From the NCBI GenBank assembly GCA_965223325.1, contig CBDCWI010000002.1:96001-160000 (forward strand): DNA of 64,000 bases. The letters run 5' to 3'. Shown one piece after another: positions 50,910 through 60,459 of this stretch. A program made the position numbers and the translations under genes. The notes beneath the pieces were generated by a model. The model made no database searches. It was not told the origin of the DNA and saw nothing but the letters and a program-made list of their open reading frames with translations. The first letter of the stretch is position 1, and each line of letters opens with the position of its first letter. Origin of the DNA: Candidatus Multivoradales bacterium. Lineage in GTDB: Bacteria; Acidobacteriota; Thermoanaerobaculia; Multivoradales; Multivoraceae.

Positions 50910-52457
50910 ATGAGACTGATGGGTTCAAGGCCTGGGGTTGGCGCGCTTCTTCTCTGTGCACTGGTCGTCGCTGGCTGCGGCGAGTCGGGCGAGGAGCGCG
51001 CCCGTGCTACCGCCGGTTCGGCGGTGGTGCAGAGCGCTGGGGGGAGTTTCGATCAAGAGACCCGCGCCACCCTGGCCGAGGTCGGAATCCGACAGGTCTT
51101 CCAGCGCGCCTTCGAGATCGATCGCCAGGACGGCGAGCTGACCATCGACGCCCTGGACGACGCCTCGATCGTTCGTGGCACCCAGCTTCACCTGGTGGTT
51201 GGGGGGCGCTTCAGAGGTGGCGACGCGCGGCTGCAACAGCAGGCTCGCGAGCTGGGTGAGGCGCTGCGCGGCCGCCTGCACGACGAGAGTGTTGCCGGGA
51301 GCGAGCTGCTCGGTGTGCACCTCGACATTCGAATCGACGACGAGGAGAAGGCGACGGCCGAGGCGTACGCTGGTCTTGTCCGCGGTCTACGGCGGGGGCT
51401 CGACAAGCGCTTCGTTCTCAGCGTCGCGCTGCCCCTGCAGGGAGTCATCGACGAGGGGCCGCTTCAGATCGCAGCGCGCGAGGCCGATTCGGTCGTCGTA
51501 CGGGTGTTCGGGCAGCCGCCGAGTGAACCTGACGATCCATCCTGGTGGGAGGTCGAACCGGCGGTCGAGCGGGCCCTGGCGCTCGAGGATGCGAACGTCG
51601 CGGTCTACCACCTACTGATTCACACGATGGGAAGAGCGCGCTCGATCGATGAGTCCGGCCGGCCGGTAGGTGACGATCGCATTCTTCGCGATCTGCCACT
51701 CGAGTCGATCATGCGCTCGGGCTCGATTCGGCTCGAACCGATCTTCTCGTTCGAGGGATTCGACCGCCAGGTCTTCGATCTCTTGTCGGCCGGGGCGGGC
51801 ATGGGACTCGGTGCCGGCCGGGCTGCCAGAGGAACGCGGATACGCGTCATGCGACCGACGGCCTATCCGATTGCCGAGTTGGTCGCGGCGCTCGATCAAC
51901 AGGACCTCCCAGGTCGCCTCGGCGAGGTGTACTCTCGCCTGCCCGGTGGGAAGGAGAACCTCTCGGTGACCCCCGAACAGCTTCGCTGGGCACTCGAGCG
52001 TCGGAGCGAGGAGGGTGGCCCGAAACCGCCACTTGCTGTCGAGGTCGTGCCAACCGGTGGCAACCAACGGCCCACTTCGATCGTCGTGCGCATCACCAAT
52101 CCGGGACCGTTGACGACTGGGGCAGCGGTCAGTGGCGACGACTGGGTGGAGATCAGGTTGCATCGCGGGCGCTTCGGATCCGTCGACCCGGGTGATTTCT
52201 TGCGCCCCGAGTTTCTCATCGGCGAAGCCCTCGATGCCGGTCGCGAGCCCGCCAACGCTCGACCGATCCGCAACGCCGACGTCGTCCGGTTGCACTATCC
52301 GTTGATCGATCCCGGCTGGACCATCGAAAGCGGACGCATTCGCCTGCGGCCCGGAGCCTCACGCTTCCGCATCGAGGTGCGCGCCCGGCGCCTGCTTCCG
52401 GGTGGGGGTGTAGTCGAGACCGAACCGATCCTTCTACCGCCGGATGGCAGTGGGTAG
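50910..52457 (+). CDS. putative lipoprotein, N-terminal DUF3142/GH18-like barrel and C-terminal beta domain
   Basis: Lipobox VVAGC. LLGVHLDI...AYAGLVRGLRRGL..LSVALP resembles GH18-fold strands. TAGGAT lies 7 nt before the ATG. Confidence 0.55.
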   Translation: MRLMGSRPGVGALLLCALVVAGCGESGEERARATAGSAVVQSAGGSFDQETRATLAEVGIRQVFQRAFEIDRQDGELTIDALDDASIVRGTQLHLVVGGRFRGGDARLQQQARELGEALRGRLHDESVAGSELLGVHLDIRIDDEEKATAEAYAGLVRGLRRGLDKRFVLSVALPLQGVIDEGPLQIAAREADSVVVRVFGQPPSEPDDPSWWEVEPAVERALALEDANVAVYHLLIHTMGRARSIDESGRPVGDDRILRDLPLESIMRSGSIRLEPIFSFEGFDRQVFDLLSAGAGMGLGAGRAARGTRIRVMRPTAYPIAELVAALDQQDLPGRLGEVYSRLPGGKENLSVTPEQLRWALERRSEEGGPKPPLAVEVVPTGGNQRPTSIVVRITNPGPLTTGAAVSGDDWVEIRLHRGRFGSVDPGDFLRPEFLIGEALDAGREPANARPIRNADVVRLHYPLIDPGWTIESGRIRLRPGASRFRIEVRARRLLPGGGVVETEPILLPPDGSG

Positions 52458-53205
52458 GCCAGCCGAGCCGGAAGAGTGGGTAGGACCCGAGGGGGCCCCG
52501 GACGACACGTCGAGGCTGTACAGATTCCTGCGTCTTCCGATCGATGATCTAGATACGGTGCTGGGTGTGGTCACGAACCGCCGTGCACTGGTCGTTCTCT
52601 TCCTCGGACTGCTGCTCGGCTGGTGGGTCTATGTCCCGGTTCACGAAGGGCTTCACGTTCTCGGGTGCATGGCCACCGGCGGTACTGTCGAGCGCCTGGA
52701 ACTCTCACCGCTCTACGGTGGGCGGGTGCTCGAACGCATTTCGCCGTTGGTCGTGGCTGCGGGTCCCTACGCGGGGCGGCTGGCGGGCTTTGAACCCAAT
52801 GGCGACCTGGGGTGGGCAGCGACCACCCTGACGCCTTACTTGTTGACCTTGCTGCCGGGACTCTGGCTGCTGCGCCGGGCGGCCCGTCGGCGGGCGGCGT
52901 TCGTTGCGGGTCTTGCCATGCCGATGGCCTTTGCACCCTGGATTTCGCTCCCCGGCGACACCTACGAGCTGGGTAGTCTGGCGGTGGTTCAGTGGCCGGG
53001 GTTCCCGAACGCCGAGCGCGAGCTCGTCGTTGGTGACGATGTGTTGGTTGTCCTCGAACGCTTGCGCGACACCGGGGTCTTTTCGGTGGCGGGTCTTGCG
53101 GTGGCTCTGGCGATCGTCGTCGGACTCTTCTGGGCGTTCGTGTGGACCCACCTCGCCGATTGGATTGCCCACAAACTCGGCGAGCCTCGCTATGCTCGCC
53201 CGTGA
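52444..53205 (+). CDS. membrane protein with HEXXH motif (possible intramembrane Zn-peptidase)
   Basis: YVPVHEGLHVLG follows TM1, with several further TMs and a PGD motif. Confidence 0.6.
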   Translation: MAVGRPAEPEEWVGPEGAPDDTSRLYRFLRLPIDDLDTVLGVVTNRRALVVLFLGLLLGWWVYVPVHEGLHVLGCMATGGTVERLELSPLYGGRVLERISPLVVAAGPYAGRLAGFEPNGDLGWAATTLTPYLLTLLPGLWLLRRAARRRAAFVAGLAMPMAFAPWISLPGDTYELGSLAVVQWPGFPNAERELVVGDDVLVVLERLRDTGVFSVAGLAVALAIVVGLFWAFVWTHLADWIAHKLGEPRYARP

Positions 53206-54113
53206 TGGACATGGCAGTTCGATTGCGAGAGTTGGCAGGGCTCGGCGTTGTCGTCGGGCCTGGGCTCGCCCGCCTGGAGCAGTTGGCGGCCGTGGGCCTT
53301 CTGAGCGCTCTGCTCGGGGCCTGCGCACCGACGGCTGAGGCGGGTCGTACGAACGGTGGCGATGGCGCCTTGTCCAACCCACCAGCAGGAGCTGGGGAGT
53401 CGGCGGTCGCCGAGAATGCGGCGGGCCCGCAGCGCCTGCAGCTCGAGGTGATCGCTCAGTACCCGCACGATCCGGAGGCCTACACACAAGGGCTCCTGTG
53501 GTTCGATGGGCGGGTCTACGAGAGCACCGGGCAGTACGGTCGCTCACGGGTGCGGCGCTGGGATCTCGAGTCGGGGAGGGTCGAGGTCGACCGTGCGCTA
53601 CCCGACGACCTGTTTGGCGAGGGACTGGCGCGCGTCGAGGACCGCCTGGTTCAGATCACCTGGAAAGCCGGGCGGGCCTTCTTGTGGTCACTCGACGCGC
53701 TCGAGCCTCTGGGCGAGCTATCGTTTCGAGGCGAAGGCTGGGGCCTTGAGAGTGTCGGCGATCGTCTGGTGCTCTCCGACAGTACCCACGTGCTCCGCTT
53801 CCTCGATCCCGCCACGCTCGAGCAGGAAAGTCGCCTGGCGGTGCGTCGCGGCGGTTTCCCGGCCGACTCGCTCAATGAGCTCGAGTTCGACGGGACCCAT
53901 CTATGGGCCAACGTCTACCAGAGTGACGACATCCTACGGATTGATCCAGCGACCGGTGTGGTCACCGGTGTGGTCGACGCCAGCGGCCTTTTGAGCCCGG
54001 AGGAACGGCGCCGGGCCGAGGTCTTGAACGGCATCGCCTGGCGCCCTGAAACTGGCACTTTCTTGATCACCGGAAAACACTGGCCCCGAGTCTTCGAGGT
54101 CACCATCGAGTAA
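53205..54113 (+). CDS. glutaminyl-peptide cyclotransferase (plant/bacterial beta-propeller type), probable lipoprotein
   Basis: YPHDPEAYTQGL, ESTGQYG, FGEGL, ITWK, EGWGL, LNELE, WANVY, VLNGIA, TGKHWP; lipobox LLGAC. Confidence 0.93.
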   Translation: MDMAVRLRELAGLGVVVGPGLARLEQLAAVGLLSALLGACAPTAEAGRTNGGDGALSNPPAGAGESAVAENAAGPQRLQLEVIAQYPHDPEAYTQGLLWFDGRVYESTGQYGRSRVRRWDLESGRVEVDRALPDDLFGEGLARVEDRLVQITWKAGRAFLWSLDALEPLGELSFRGEGWGLESVGDRLVLSDSTHVLRFLDPATLEQESRLAVRRGGFPADSLNELEFDGTHLWANVYQSDDILRIDPATGVVTGVVDASGLLSPEERRRAEVLNGIAWRPETGTFLITGKHWPRVFEVTIE

Positions 54114-54203
54114 CACTGCCTTTGAAACCCTCGTTGGCCATCGGTCGTTTTGAGGGTGACGAGAGGGAAACGAACGCTCGAGCAACTTCAAAGAGGCACA
54201 TCC

Positions 54204-55241
54204 ATGAGCAGTAACACCTGGTTCGTCGCAGTCGACGGCAAGCAGCTCGGTCCGTTCGACGAGGCAGATGTCATCGGTCGCATCGGGCGGGGCGAGATTC
54301 CGCGGGCGGCGCACGTCTACCGCGACGGCATGTCGGACTGGGAGCCCATCGAGTCGCAGCATGCCTTCAGGCAAGCCCTGGACGGCGGTTCAACGGTCGT
54401 TCCGCCGACCCCCGCAGCGAGCGCCACGACCGACGCCACCAAGGCCGCGCACGTCATCGACTACGAGGTCTTCGGTGAGGAGATGCAGTTCGTCGAGGTG
54501 ACCCTCGATCCCGGCGAGGCATGCATCGCCGAAGCAGGATCGTTCATGTTCATGGACCCTGGCATCGAGATGCAGACGATCTTCGGCGACGGTTCGGCAC
54601 AGACCGAGGGTAGTGGTTTGATGGGAAAGTTCTTGCAGGCGGGAAAGCGCGTGCTGACCGGTGAATCACTGTTCATGACGCTGTTCGGCAACCAGGGCGC
54701 TGGGCGCCAGAAGGTCGCCTTTGCTTCGCCGTATCCCGGCCGCATCATTCCCATCGATCTCGCGAAACATCAGGGTGCGATCATGTGTCAGAAAGACGCC
54801 TTCCTCTGCGCCGCGAAAGGGGTTGCGGTAGGAATCGCGTTTCAGAAGCGAATCGGTGCTGGCTTCTTCGGCGGTGAGGGCTTCATTCTGCAGAAGCTCG
54901 AGGGCGACGGGTTGTCGTTTCTTCACGCTGGCGGCACGGTGGTTCAAAAGGAGCTGGCGGCAGGTGAGACCATGCGTCTCGACACCGGCTGCCTGGTGGC
55001 CTTCGACAGTAGCGTGCGGTACGACATTCAGCTCGTGAGCGGAATCAAGACGGCACTCTTCGGCGGCGAAGGCCTGGTCTTTGCGACCTTGACCGGCCCC
55101 GGCACGGTATGGATTCAGTCGCTGCCCTTCAGTCGTCTCGCGAGTCGGGTGTATGCGGCAGCGCCGCAGACCGGCGGGCGGCGGGTTGGCGAGGGCTCGG
55201 TTCTGGGTACCCTCGGCGACGTCCTGGGTGGCGACCGCTGA
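54204..55241 (+). CDS. TIGR00266/AIM24 family protein with N-terminal GYF_2 (DUF4339) domain
   Basis: WFVAVDGKQLGPF..VYRDGMSDW, GESLFMT, QKDAFLC, FFGGEGFILQ, QSLPFSR. Confidence 0.88.
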   Translation: MSSNTWFVAVDGKQLGPFDEADVIGRIGRGEIPRAAHVYRDGMSDWEPIESQHAFRQALDGGSTVVPPTPAASATTDATKAAHVIDYEVFGEEMQFVEVTLDPGEACIAEAGSFMFMDPGIEMQTIFGDGSAQTEGSGLMGKFLQAGKRVLTGESLFMTLFGNQGAGRQKVAFASPYPGRIIPIDLAKHQGAIMCQKDAFLCAAKGVAVGIAFQKRIGAGFFGGEGFILQKLEGDGLSFLHAGGTVVQKELAAGETMRLDTGCLVAFDSSVRYDIQLVSGIKTALFGGEGLVFATLTGPGTVWIQSLPFSRLASRVYAAAPQTGGRRVGEGSVLGTLGDVLGGDR

Positions 55242-55291
55242 GGGCGGGAAGGGCTAAGCCGTCCAGGGCCGTGCGATATAATCGGTGCATT

Positions 55292-55561
55292 ATGTCCGAT
55301 GTCTCAAAGCCCGAGCCAAATCTGTACTTCTTCCCCGAGAGCGAGGTCACCGACAGTGAGCTTCGCGAGATTCTCGCCAGCGGAGAGCGCGGCAAGAAGG
55401 CTTGGGCGATCTCGCACTTGATGCGCTATGCACAGTGGGACGACATCTGGAAGTACACCAGCCGCGACGAGGTCCGCGACATGTTCCCCGACCTCGAACT
55501 GGGGTCGCTCACCGAGGCCTGGGCGCGCATGCTCAAGGTCGACGTCGCGCCCGTTGGCTAG
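55292..55561 (+). CDS. small hypothetical protein resembling partners of AbiEii-type nucleotidyltransferases
   Basis: 89 aa, YFF...LREIL..G....AWAISHLMRYAQWDDIWKY. TATAAT at 55277-55282. Confidence 0.6.
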   Translation: MSDVSKPEPNLYFFPESEVTDSELREILASGERGKKAWAISHLMRYAQWDDIWKYTSRDEVRDMFPDLELGSLTEAWARMLKVDVAPVG

Positions 55562-55949
55562 GTCCTTCCGCGGAGAACTCGAAAGGCCTGAACGGCTGCT
55601 CGAGACGGCGGCGGTGGATTGGACTCGTGATATTCTGAGAGGCTCATCGGCCGAGGATTCGCCCCCGGCGGGTTGTCTGTGTCTGCGGTACCCGACAGCC
55701 CACGAAACGCTCGTGCAACAAGGCTGCTCCCCGCAACGGCAACCAGCAGCCTGGCGCTCGAATCGTTGCTAGTACACGCCAGCTCGCGAGTTCCGTTGTA
55801 CTTGAAAGCGCCGTATGGTGTACTTGGTCGAATCTAGTAGTGCATGTCGCGCGCGGATAGGATTCTCGAAGAGAAAAATGTCCCTGCCGCGTCTCTCACG
55901 CGTACCTTCATGACCGCCGATACTTTCTAACCCCTGTAGACATTGACTT

Positions 55950-56025
<76 letters not shown>

Positions 56026-56193
56026 CGGTTCAGGCCGATCACGAGCCATTCCTTCGACCAGGTTTTCTTGACCGGCCACCCTTCTTGACCGGCCAGATTC
56101 TTTGACCAGAGAGGGCGGAGCGGTCCGTTCATCCATCAACCCGTCGTGGTACCTGAGGGCCGTTGGGTTCTCGGGTCCCCTGGGAGGCACCAG

Positions 56194-56748
56194 ATGTCGA
56201 TCTTTCGCCGTGACACGACCACCCCGCCGCCGAGTCGCCCCGTGACTCCGGAGCGCACACCGAGCCCGACAAAGCCCGCCGACCGCCGGCCGGAGGTGCG
56301 ACCCTCAAAGGTGCGCGAGTCGTTGATTGCGCGTGGGACGGTCGTCGAGGGGGCCGTGCGCGGCGCGACCGAGGTCCTGATCGAAGGTGAGATTCGTGGC
56401 GAGGTGGACCTCGAGGGCCGGGTCGAAATCGGTTCGCACGGCAAGGTGCGAGGAGACGTCGCCGCCCAGTCGGCACATGTCGCCGGCGAGGTCAGTGGCA
56501 ACGTTCGAGGGCGTGATGTGGTCGAGGTCACAGCCACTGGAAAACTCGAGGGCGATGTCGAGGCGCCGCGGGTGATCATTCGCGAGGGCGCGTTCTTTCG
56601 CGGCAACATCAAGATGACCGGCGAACAGGCGAGCGCGGCGGCCAGGAAGAGCCCGCGCACGACCGCGAGCGGAGCGTCGGTCGAGCCAAGCGCCACGGCA
56701 CCATCAAAGCCGGAACCGAGCAAGGCGCAAGCGGCGGGAAAGAACTGA
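56194..56748 (+). CDS. bactofilin (polymer-forming cytoskeletal protein)
   Basis: [51 protein letters not shown]-terminal MSIFRR. GGAGG RBS. Confidence 0.92.
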   Translation: MSIFRRDTTTPPPSRPVTPERTPSPTKPADRRPEVRPSKVRESLIARGTVVEGAVRGATEVLIEGEIRGEVDLEGRVEIGSHGKVRGDVAAQSAHVAGEVSGNVRGRDVVEVTATGKLEGDVEAPRVIIREGAFFRGNIKMTGEQASAAARKSPRTTASGASVEPSATAPSKPEPSKAQAAGKN

Positions 56749-56750
56749 CG

Positions 56751-57866
56751 ATGCGGGTAGGCATTCCCCGCGAGGTCAAGAATCACGAGTACCGCGTTGG
56801 CATGACCCCGGCCGGGGTCCGTTCGTTGTGTGACGCCGGGCATGCGGTCGACGTCGAGAAGGGCGCCGGCCTCGGCAGCGGCATCGAAGACGCCGAATAC
56901 GAGCAGGCCGGCGCCAACATCATCGACGCGGCCGAAACGCTCTGGAAGAACGCCGAGATGATCGTCAAAGTCAAAGAGCCGGTAGAAGTCGAGTTCGACC
57001 GCCTGCAAGAAGGGCAGATTCTCTTCACCTATCTCCACCTGGCGCCGCTGCCTGATCTGACCGATGTGCTGCTAGTGAAGAACATCACCGGCATTGCCTA
57101 CGAGACGATTCGCGACCGTGAGGGGCATCTGCCGCTTCTGACCCCGATGTCGGAAGTGGCGGGCAGGATGTCGGTGATGGTGGGTTGCTACTACCTGCAA
57201 CGGCCGTATGGCGGCCGTGGCACCCTTCTGGCTGGTGTTCCCGGCGTGCCGCCTGGTGACGTGGTGATCATCGGTGGCGGCATTGTCGGGCTCAATGCGG
57301 CGCGGATGGCGCTCGGCCTCGGCGCTCGGGTCGTCATTCTCGACACCAATGTCACGCGCCTACGCGAGCTCGACGACCTCTTCGAAGGGCGCATCACCAC
57401 TCTCGCCTCGAACGCCTTCAATCTCGAGTCGGCGGTTGCACGGGCAGACCTGCTGGTTGGCGCGGTGTTGATCCCGGGGCGCTCGGCACCTCATCTGATC
57501 ACCCGCGAGATGTTGCCGACGATGAAGTCCGGCTCGGTGATCGTCGATGTTTCCGTCGATCAAGGGGGCTGCGTGGAGACCAGCCGTCCAACCACCCATT
57601 CCGATCCGACCTTCGAAGTCGACGGGGTGGTGCACTACTGCGTCGCCAACATGCCCGGTGCCGTCCCCCGCACGTCCACCTACGCTCTCGCCAACGTCAC
57701 GCTACCGTATGCCCAGGCGCTGGCCGATCTGGGACCAGAACGCGCTGCCAAACGCGACGAAGGTCTCGGTGCGGGCTTCAACACCTATCGCGGGTCGATC
57801 ACCTGCGCACCGGTGGCAGAGTCCCAGGAACGTACCTGGCGAACCCTCGATAGCTACCTGGCCTAG
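56751..57866 (+). CDS. ald: alanine dehydrogenase
   Basis: [49 protein letters not shown]. Confidence 0.97.
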   Translation: MRVGIPREVKNHEYRVGMTPAGVRSLCDAGHAVDVEKGAGLGSGIEDAEYEQAGANIIDAAETLWKNAEMIVKVKEPVEVEFDRLQEGQILFTYLHLAPLPDLTDVLLVKNITGIAYETIRDREGHLPLLTPMSEVAGRMSVMVGCYYLQRPYGGRGTLLAGVPGVPPGDVVIIGGGIVGLNAARMALGLGARVVILDTNVTRLRELDDLFEGRITTLASNAFNLESAVARADLLVGAVLIPGRSAPHLITREMLPTMKSGSVIVDVSVDQGGCVETSRPTTHSDPTFEVDGVVHYCVANMPGAVPRTSTYALANVTLPYAQALADLGPERAAKRDEGLGAGFNTYRGSITCAPVAESQERTWRTLDSYLA

Positions 57867-57922
57867 GAGCTGCCCGAGCGCGAACCAGGATTCGAGGACC
57901 GGGCGCTCGAGGAGCTGGGCGC

Positions 57923-58909
57923 TCAGGGAACCGGCCACGATCGGTTGGTCGCCTCACACCAGAGGGAGACCAGATCGGGCGGTGGGGGAGCGACGACCGT
58001 GAGCGGCTCCTTCTCGACGGGATGGGGAAGCGTCAATCGCCAGGCATGGAGAGCCGGTCGTCCCATGGAACGAGTGACCAGACGTGCCTTCCCCTGCAGG
58101 TTCTTCCAACGCTCTTCGCCGTAGGTCGGGTCTCCGAGGATCGGGTGGCCCAGCGCCTTGAGGTGGACCCGAATCTGGTGGGTCCGCCCGGTCGCAATGT
58201 CGAGTTCGAAGAGCGTGATCCCGGCCTCGTGCGCGACCATCCGGTAGTGGGTGATTGCCGCGCGGCCCTTGGGGCGGATGCTGATGCGCTTGCGGTTGCG
58301 GGGATCGCGGCCCAGTGGTTTGGTGATCGTGCCCCGGTCCTCCCGCGGGCGATCCCAGGCGATCGCCAGGTAGCGCTTCTCGACCCTGCGCTCGGCAAAG
58401 GCACGCGAGAGTTCGGCATAGGCCTGTGGCGTGCGGGCCACCGCGAGGACACCTGACGTGCCGATGTCGAGCCGATGCACGATGCCGGGACGCTCGCTGC
58501 TTCCGACCTCTTGCAGCTCGGGGTAGGAGGCAATCAACCGATTCGCCAGGGTGCCGCTTGGCCGTCCGGCGCCCGGGTGGACTGCCAGGCCGGCGGGTTT
58601 GTCGACCACGAGCAACTGGTCGTCTTCATAGAGCAGAGGAAGGGGGCCCGGTTCGGGCACCACCGCGTGCGGCGGGGGAGACGCTGGAAGCTCGATCTGG
58701 ACTCTGCTGCCGGCTCGAAGCGGCGTCGCCACCCGGGCCCTTCTACCGTCGATCAGAACGCGGTGGTCTCGAATCAGGTGTTGGACACGGTTGCGCGGAA
58801 GGTCGAGACGTCGAGCGAGAGCCCGATCGAGACGCATCCCTTCGGCTTCCTCGGGCACCGTCCAGGAAACAGCGTTCGCGGACTGCTCTTCGGAGTGCTC
58901 AGCGCCCAC
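57923..58909 (-). CDS. RluA/RluD-family pseudouridine synthase
   Basis: S4 domain RLDRAL, VDKPAGL.VHP, HRLD..TSG, TGRTHQIRVH, GD..YG, LHA. Confidence 0.93.
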   Translation of the reverse strand: MGAEHSEEQSANAVSWTVPEEAEGMRLDRALARRLDLPRNRVQHLIRDHRVLIDGRRARVATPLRAGSRVQIELPASPPPHAVVPEPGPLPLLYEDDQLLVVDKPAGLAVHPGAGRPSGTLANRLIASYPELQEVGSSERPGIVHRLDIGTSGVLAVARTPQAYAELSRAFAERRVEKRYLAIAWDRPREDRGTITKPLGRDPRNRKRISIRPKGRAAITHYRMVAHEAGITLFELDIATGRTHQIRVHLKALGHPILGDPTYGEERWKNLQGKARLVTRSMGRPALHAWRLTLPHPVEKEPLTVVAPPPPDLVSLWCEATNRSWPVP

Positions 58910-58930
58910 CGCGACAGACCTTTCTCTTCG

Positions 58931-59506
58931 CTACGAAGTCGAGACCTCGCGTTCGGACGGCGCAAGGGCAGCCGGGCGTCCCTCTTCCGCCTCGACGGAG
59001 CGCCTGGGTCGGATGGTCTCCCAGGCGAGCAGCGCGATTCCCACCGAAATCGCCGAGTCGGCAACGTTGAAGGTCGGAAAGTGGTGCGTTCCGACGAAGA
59101 AGTCGAGAAAGTCGGTCACGCCCCGAAACAGCAATCGATCGGTCAGGTTGCCGAGAGCACCACCGAGGATCAGAACGAGTGCGAAGAGCAGGCCGCGTTC
59201 GTGCTCGGGTGTCTTCCAGAAGTACAGCCCGATGATCGACAAAGCGGCCGTCCCCAGAGCGATCAGGCCGAGGGTTCCCCAGCCCCTGCCTCCGGTCGGG
59301 AAGAGACCAAAGGCGACTCCAGTGTTGGTGACGTGCACCAGATCGAAGAAACCTGAAATCACGCTCAGGTGTTCGCCACGGGCCAGATTGCGCTCGATCC
59401 ACAGCTTGGTCCACTGGTCCAGAACGAGAATGGCGAGCGAAATCAAGAGCAGGCGGTGGCGCAAACCGGTGGTGGAAGCGGTCTGTTCGTGGAGAGGCGC
59501 GGTCAT
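58931..59506 (-). CDS. lspA: lipoprotein signal peptidase II
   Basis: DQWTK, NTGVAFG, GGALGNLTDR, VTDF, FNVADSAI. Confidence 0.96.
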   Translation of the reverse strand: MTAPLHEQTASTTGLRHRLLLISLAILVLDQWTKLWIERNLARGEHLSVISGFFDLVHVTNTGVAFGLFPTGGRGWGTLGLIALGTAALSIIGLYFWKTPEHERGLLFALVLILGGALGNLTDRLLFRGVTDFLDFFVGTHHFPTFNVADSAISVGIALLAWETIRPRRSVEAEEGRPAALAPSEREVSTS

Positions 59507-59515
59507 GGCCAGAGA

Positions 59516-60127
59516 TCATACACACGCCGCGCGTGCCATCGCGCGAATCGATTGCGGCTCGAGGAGCGCGCCAATCGCAGCGACCCCGCCGGCGCCGGCA
59601 GCGCGCGCTGCCGCGAGGTTCTGAGGCGTCACGCCGCCGAGCGCCAGGACGCGTCCAGCGCCGCTGCCGCAGGCGGTGATGGCTCCTGTTCCAAGCGCAT
59701 CGTGCCCGGGCTTGCTGCTCGTCGGCCAGATCGGGCTCAGGGTCACGAAGTCGGCACCGGCCGTCAACAGCCCGGGGACCTCGGCTGGATCGTGAGCTGC
59801 GCGACTGAGCAAGATGGTTCGCTCGCCCAGGTGGCGGTTGATGGCGGCAAGGGGTAGACCATCGGAGGGGAGATGCAACCCGTCCGCCCCGACGGCCAGG
59901 GCGACATCAAAACGCCCGTTGATGATGAGGGTGCCCCGATAGTGCCGGCGGGTCACCTGGGCAAGCTCGTAGAGCGCCTGATCGCTGAGGTCCTTTTCTC
60001 GAAGCTGCAGCGCGTCGACGCCCTCGCGGTCGAGGTGAGACAGCCAGGCGCGCCAGCTCACACCGAGGGCGAAAAGGCGCCGGCGTGCGGAAATCGCCAG
60101 CACGCGTGGTACACCGGATGGGGGCAT
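59516..60127 (-). CDS. thiamine-phosphate synthase (ThiE/TenI family)
   Basis: LQLREKDL, ADGLHL, SPIWPTSSKPG, ALGGVT, GVAAI. Start approximate. Confidence 0.85.
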   Translation of the reverse strand: MPPSGVPRVLAISARRRLFALGVSWRAWLSHLDREGVDALQLREKDLSDQALYELAQVTRRHYRGTLIINGRFDVALAVGADGLHLPSDGLPLAAINRHLGERTILLSRAAHDPAEVPGLLTAGADFVTLSPIWPTSSKPGHDALGTGAITACGSGAGRVLALGGVTPQNLAAARAAGAGGVAAIGALLEPQSIRAMARAACV

Positions 60128-60140
60128 TGGGTGTGACGAC

Positions 60141-60419
60141 TCAGCCTGCCGGGGGCGAGCTCTTGCGCCAGGGGCGCCTGGCAAGCAGGCCCTCGAGGTC
60201 ATGGACGCCCCACACCAGGTGAACCAGGCCGAACCCGGTCACTGCGCCCCTGGCGATGGGGTGGAGAATCAGTGCCTGGGCTTCCGGCCACGGGAAGCGG
60301 CCGGCGAAGCGCACCCAGACGTCTCGCCAGGGGGCGAGGACCAGGAAGGCACCTGCCTCGATGCAGTAGAGGATGAAGAGCAGGCCGAGAACGGTGGTGG
60401 CGAAAGAGCGACGCGGCAT
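60141..60419 (-). CDS. small hypothetical membrane protein
   Basis: LFILYCIEAGAFLVLAPW...W...RGAVTGFGLVHL. TAGCAT lies 8 nt before the ATG. Confidence 0.75.
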   Translation of the reverse strand: MPRRSFATTVLGLLFILYCIEAGAFLVLAPWRDVWVRFAGRFPWPEAQALILHPIARGAVTGFGLVHLVWGVHDLEGLLARRPWRKSSPPAG

Positions 60420-60459
60420 GAACCGCAATGCTAGCCGGTATCAGCCTCCTCGAGTGAGA

